A DNA stretch of 37,785 nucleotides from an uncultured Pseudomonadota bacterium (GTDB taxonomy: Bacteria > UBA10199 > JADFYH01). Each line of letters starts with the position of its first letter. Positions within the stretch are counted from its first letter, which is position 1. A program made the position numbers and the translations under genes. The notes under the pieces were generated by a model. It made no database searches. It was not told the origin of the DNA and saw nothing but the letters and a program-made list of their open reading frames with translations. Of this stretch, positions 35,830-37,785 are shown piece by piece. The stretch covers positions 13,185 to 50,969 of the forward strand of contig CAYYEM010000004.1 of assembly GCA_964470915.1 (NCBI GenBank). The letters are read 5' to 3'.

Positions 35830-37692
35830 CTAGCCTTGGACTTCAATGATTGAGAGTATAAAATTACGAAATTGATTTTGGGTGAACTCCCAATTATCCC
35901 AGAGTTTTTCATTGGGATGATCTTGGGCAATATCGATAGCAAAATCGTAGAGACTCGTTTGGGTTCGAGGGTTAAAACCTCTTGTTCGGAGGGCTGTTTC
36001 TCGCAAGGCTGTAAAATCAACATCTACGGTCATGTCGAGGCGTATGCCAAGTCCTGTGCTGCCCGCAATATATGTTTTTAGAGAAGAGTCAAAGCTAAAA
36101 CCTAATTGGTTTGCCAAGAGATAATAAGGTATCAATGCTTCCTGATATTCGGAGCGATACCCCCCATAACGCCTAAAAGTTGGATGTTCAGGCCCACGAT
36201 TTTGGATTGTATTTCTCTCAGCACCATAATCTATTGTTAGAATGCTTCCTGCTTCTAGATGATTTCGAATGTTTTGCATCCAATCCTCAAGAGGTCTTTG
36301 AATGTAAAATATTTTTCCTTCTCCTGCTTGCAGGGGATGTCTGTCTAAAAAAGCTTTTGTTGAATTACGGAGAGGGCGTCTTACTTCTTGCAAAAGCCCT
36401 CCTTCAAGACGAATATAAATTTCGTAAAGTTCGCCATGATGACAAATAATCGGAGTCGCTGCGAACATATCTACAAGTTCGACTGAAATAAAAACTCCTC
36501 TTTTAATAATAGGCAAATCTCCATCAATCACTGAAGCATGATGAAAGATAATTTTTCCTAAGTAGGGTTGAAGATTATTTCTTTGAACTTCCTGAAGGGT
36601 TTGGCTGCGATCTACCATGTGATAGCGGAGAGCTGATTTTAAACGACCCCACTCACTTTCGTTGCCAGCAGAAAGTGCTTCTAATTCATCAAAAATATTT
36701 TTAGCGAGAGTGCCATTTCCACAACCCATTTCCACTACTTCAAAAATGTCCGGAGAAGCTGCCGCTCTCCATTCTCTCCGAATTTTTCGGAGTACGAATT
36801 TACCCAAAGCTGGGTTTTCGGAAGGGGTTTGGAAAAGTCCACTCGTAACCCCGATCAAATGATTTGCCTCTGCACTAGTGTAAACCCCATGTTCGGATTC
36901 AAACATTACAAAGTCGAAATAATCTTCAAAAGGAACTTCTCCACCTCTTGATGCAACGAATTGTTTGGCACTTCTTTCATAGGAGCTTGGATGTTCAAGA
37001 TAATATTCGATCATTTCTCTCCATCCCATGCCTTCCATGGCAGCAAGCAAATTTGCCATCATAAGATATGAAGCTACAGAGCTGCGAGAGTGGAATGCTG
37101 CATCTAAAAAGACTCTCATGCTTTCTCTTCTTTGTGCTTGAGTTTGCATGGGAGGCTTTACAATATTTCTGTTCTCTAGATCCTGGATAGGATTTCTTCT
37201 AATTTCAGTGAGATGTGGGCTTGCTGGTAAATAGATAAAGGCTTCAATGCCAGCATTTCTTATGAGTTGGGCAATGCTAGTATTTTGATATTGAGCCATG
37301 AGTCCTAAATCGTGCATCATTTCTGTAGAAGGCGCGGAAGAGGAGTCTTCTAAGTTACGCAAGTGCCAATGGACAGCACGAGCAAAGAGTCTACGAGTAA
37401 TCTCAGCATCGCTCATTTCAAGAAGATTGATATTTGTTTCATGTTTTGTGCTCTCGTTATGAAAAAGGGGAAGTTGAGAATGTCGAATCGGAGATTGTAA
37501 TAAGTTTCTGCTATATTCAGCTAAATTTCTTTCAAGATTTTGAATTCGATACCCGACAAGTTTGCTGCTTAAAATATTTCCAAATCCAATTTGTAAAGTA
37601 GTGAGGTTTGCTTCCAAAAATTGTTTGCTGAGCGAAGTATTATTTGTTTCTTCAAGTTGAAGAAAAGTAGCTGCATGGTGTCCCGCCATCAT
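35830..37692 (-). CDS. MidA/NDUFAF7-like (DUF185) SAM-dependent methyltransferase with about 260-aa unrecognised N-terminal region
   Basis: C-terminal two-thirds has VEMGCGNGTLAKNIFDEL (SAM motif I), ...YHMVDRSQTLQEVQ..., ...SVELVDMFAA..., ...ILTIDYG... and ...DMTVDVDFTAL... Confidence 0.65.
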   Translation of the reverse strand: MMAGHHAATFLQLEETNNTSLSKQFLEANLTTLQIGFGNILSSKLVGYRIQNLERNLAEYSRNLLQSPIRHSQLPLFHNESTKHETNINLLEMSDAEITRRLFARAVHWHLRNLEDSSSAPSTEMMHDLGLMAQYQNTSIAQLIRNAGIEAFIYLPASPHLTEIRRNPIQDLENRNIVKPPMQTQAQRRESMRVFLDAAFHSRSSVASYLMMANLLAAMEGMGWREMIEYYLEHPSSYERSAKQFVASRGGEVPFEDYFDFVMFESEHGVYTSAEANHLIGVTSGLFQTPSENPALGKFVLRKIRREWRAAASPDIFEVVEMGCGNGTLAKNIFDELEALSAGNESEWGRLKSALRYHMVDRSQTLQEVQRNNLQPYLGKIIFHHASVIDGDLPIIKRGVFISVELVDMFAATPIICHHGELYEIYIRLEGGLLQEVRRPLRNSTKAFLDRHPLQAGEGKIFYIQRPLEDWMQNIRNHLEAGSILTIDYGAERNTIQNRGPEHPTFRRYGGYRSEYQEALIPYYLLANQLGFSFDSSLKTYIAGSTGLGIRLDMTVDVDFTALRETALRTRGFNPRTQTSLYDFAIDIAQDHPNEKLWDNWEFTQNQFRNFILSIIEVQG

Positions 37693-37717
37693 GGCGGCGG
37701 ATTGAATGAAATGGTGT

Positions 37718-37745
37718 GTAGGGGCGCAGCATGCTGCGCCCGTAC
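37718..37745. repeat. TAGGGRC-foot hairpin, copy C, containing a perfect 20-nt palindrome
   Basis: GGGCGCAGCATGCTGCGCCC (37722-37741) is a perfect palindrome, extended by GTA/TAC with one G.G mismatch. Starts 26 nt upstream of the methyltransferase ATG. Confidence 0.65.
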
Positions 37746-37785
37746 GAGCCGTTAATCTGAAAATAGAAAAATTTACAAAATGTTT

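Overview
Bases 1-26240 (+ strand) are one contiguous transcription/translation super-cluster in canonical order. It runs rpoB (3' part), rpoC, the str genes (rpsL-rpsG-fusA-tuf), the S10 operon (rpsJ to rpsQ), the spc operon (rplN to rplO, then secY-adk-map-infA-rpmJ) and the alpha operon (rpsM-rpsK-rpsD-rpoA-rplQ). After it come a TlpA/ResA-like thioredoxin, convergent panD, a small hypothetical gene, tRNA-Ala(GGC) preceded by a decayed 5' tRNA fragment, and a bidirectional terminator. The rest is on the minus strand: a cold-shock protein, a 639-aa secreted delta-60-repeat/DUF11 protein, ftsB-ruvB-ruvA-ruvC-yebC, a 101-aa signal-peptide-bearing ubiquitin homolog, a tandem-RDD membrane protein and a 620-aa MidA/NDUFAF7-like methyltransferase. 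I found no rRNA, CRISPR array, transposase or integrase. The DNA is AT-rich. The unsplit rpoC rules out a cyanobacterium, and the delta-60 repeat protein weakly suggests a Bdellovibrio/Myxococcus-like lineage. The best candidates for novelty are: (1) the secreted eukaryote-type ubiquitin homolog and its same-strand upstream neighbours (RDD protein, methyltransferase); (2) a family of about 70-nt intercistronic hairpins with 7-nt-periodic arms inserted at five junctions of the ribosomal-protein operons; (3) a second family of post-stop-codon hairpins sharing a TAGGGRC...GYCYCTA foot; (4) an EF-Tu with a non-canonical switch I segment; (5) histone-H1-like Lys-rich tails on L30 and L17. All coordinates and foldings were worked out by hand from the sequence and ORF track. 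No database search was run.
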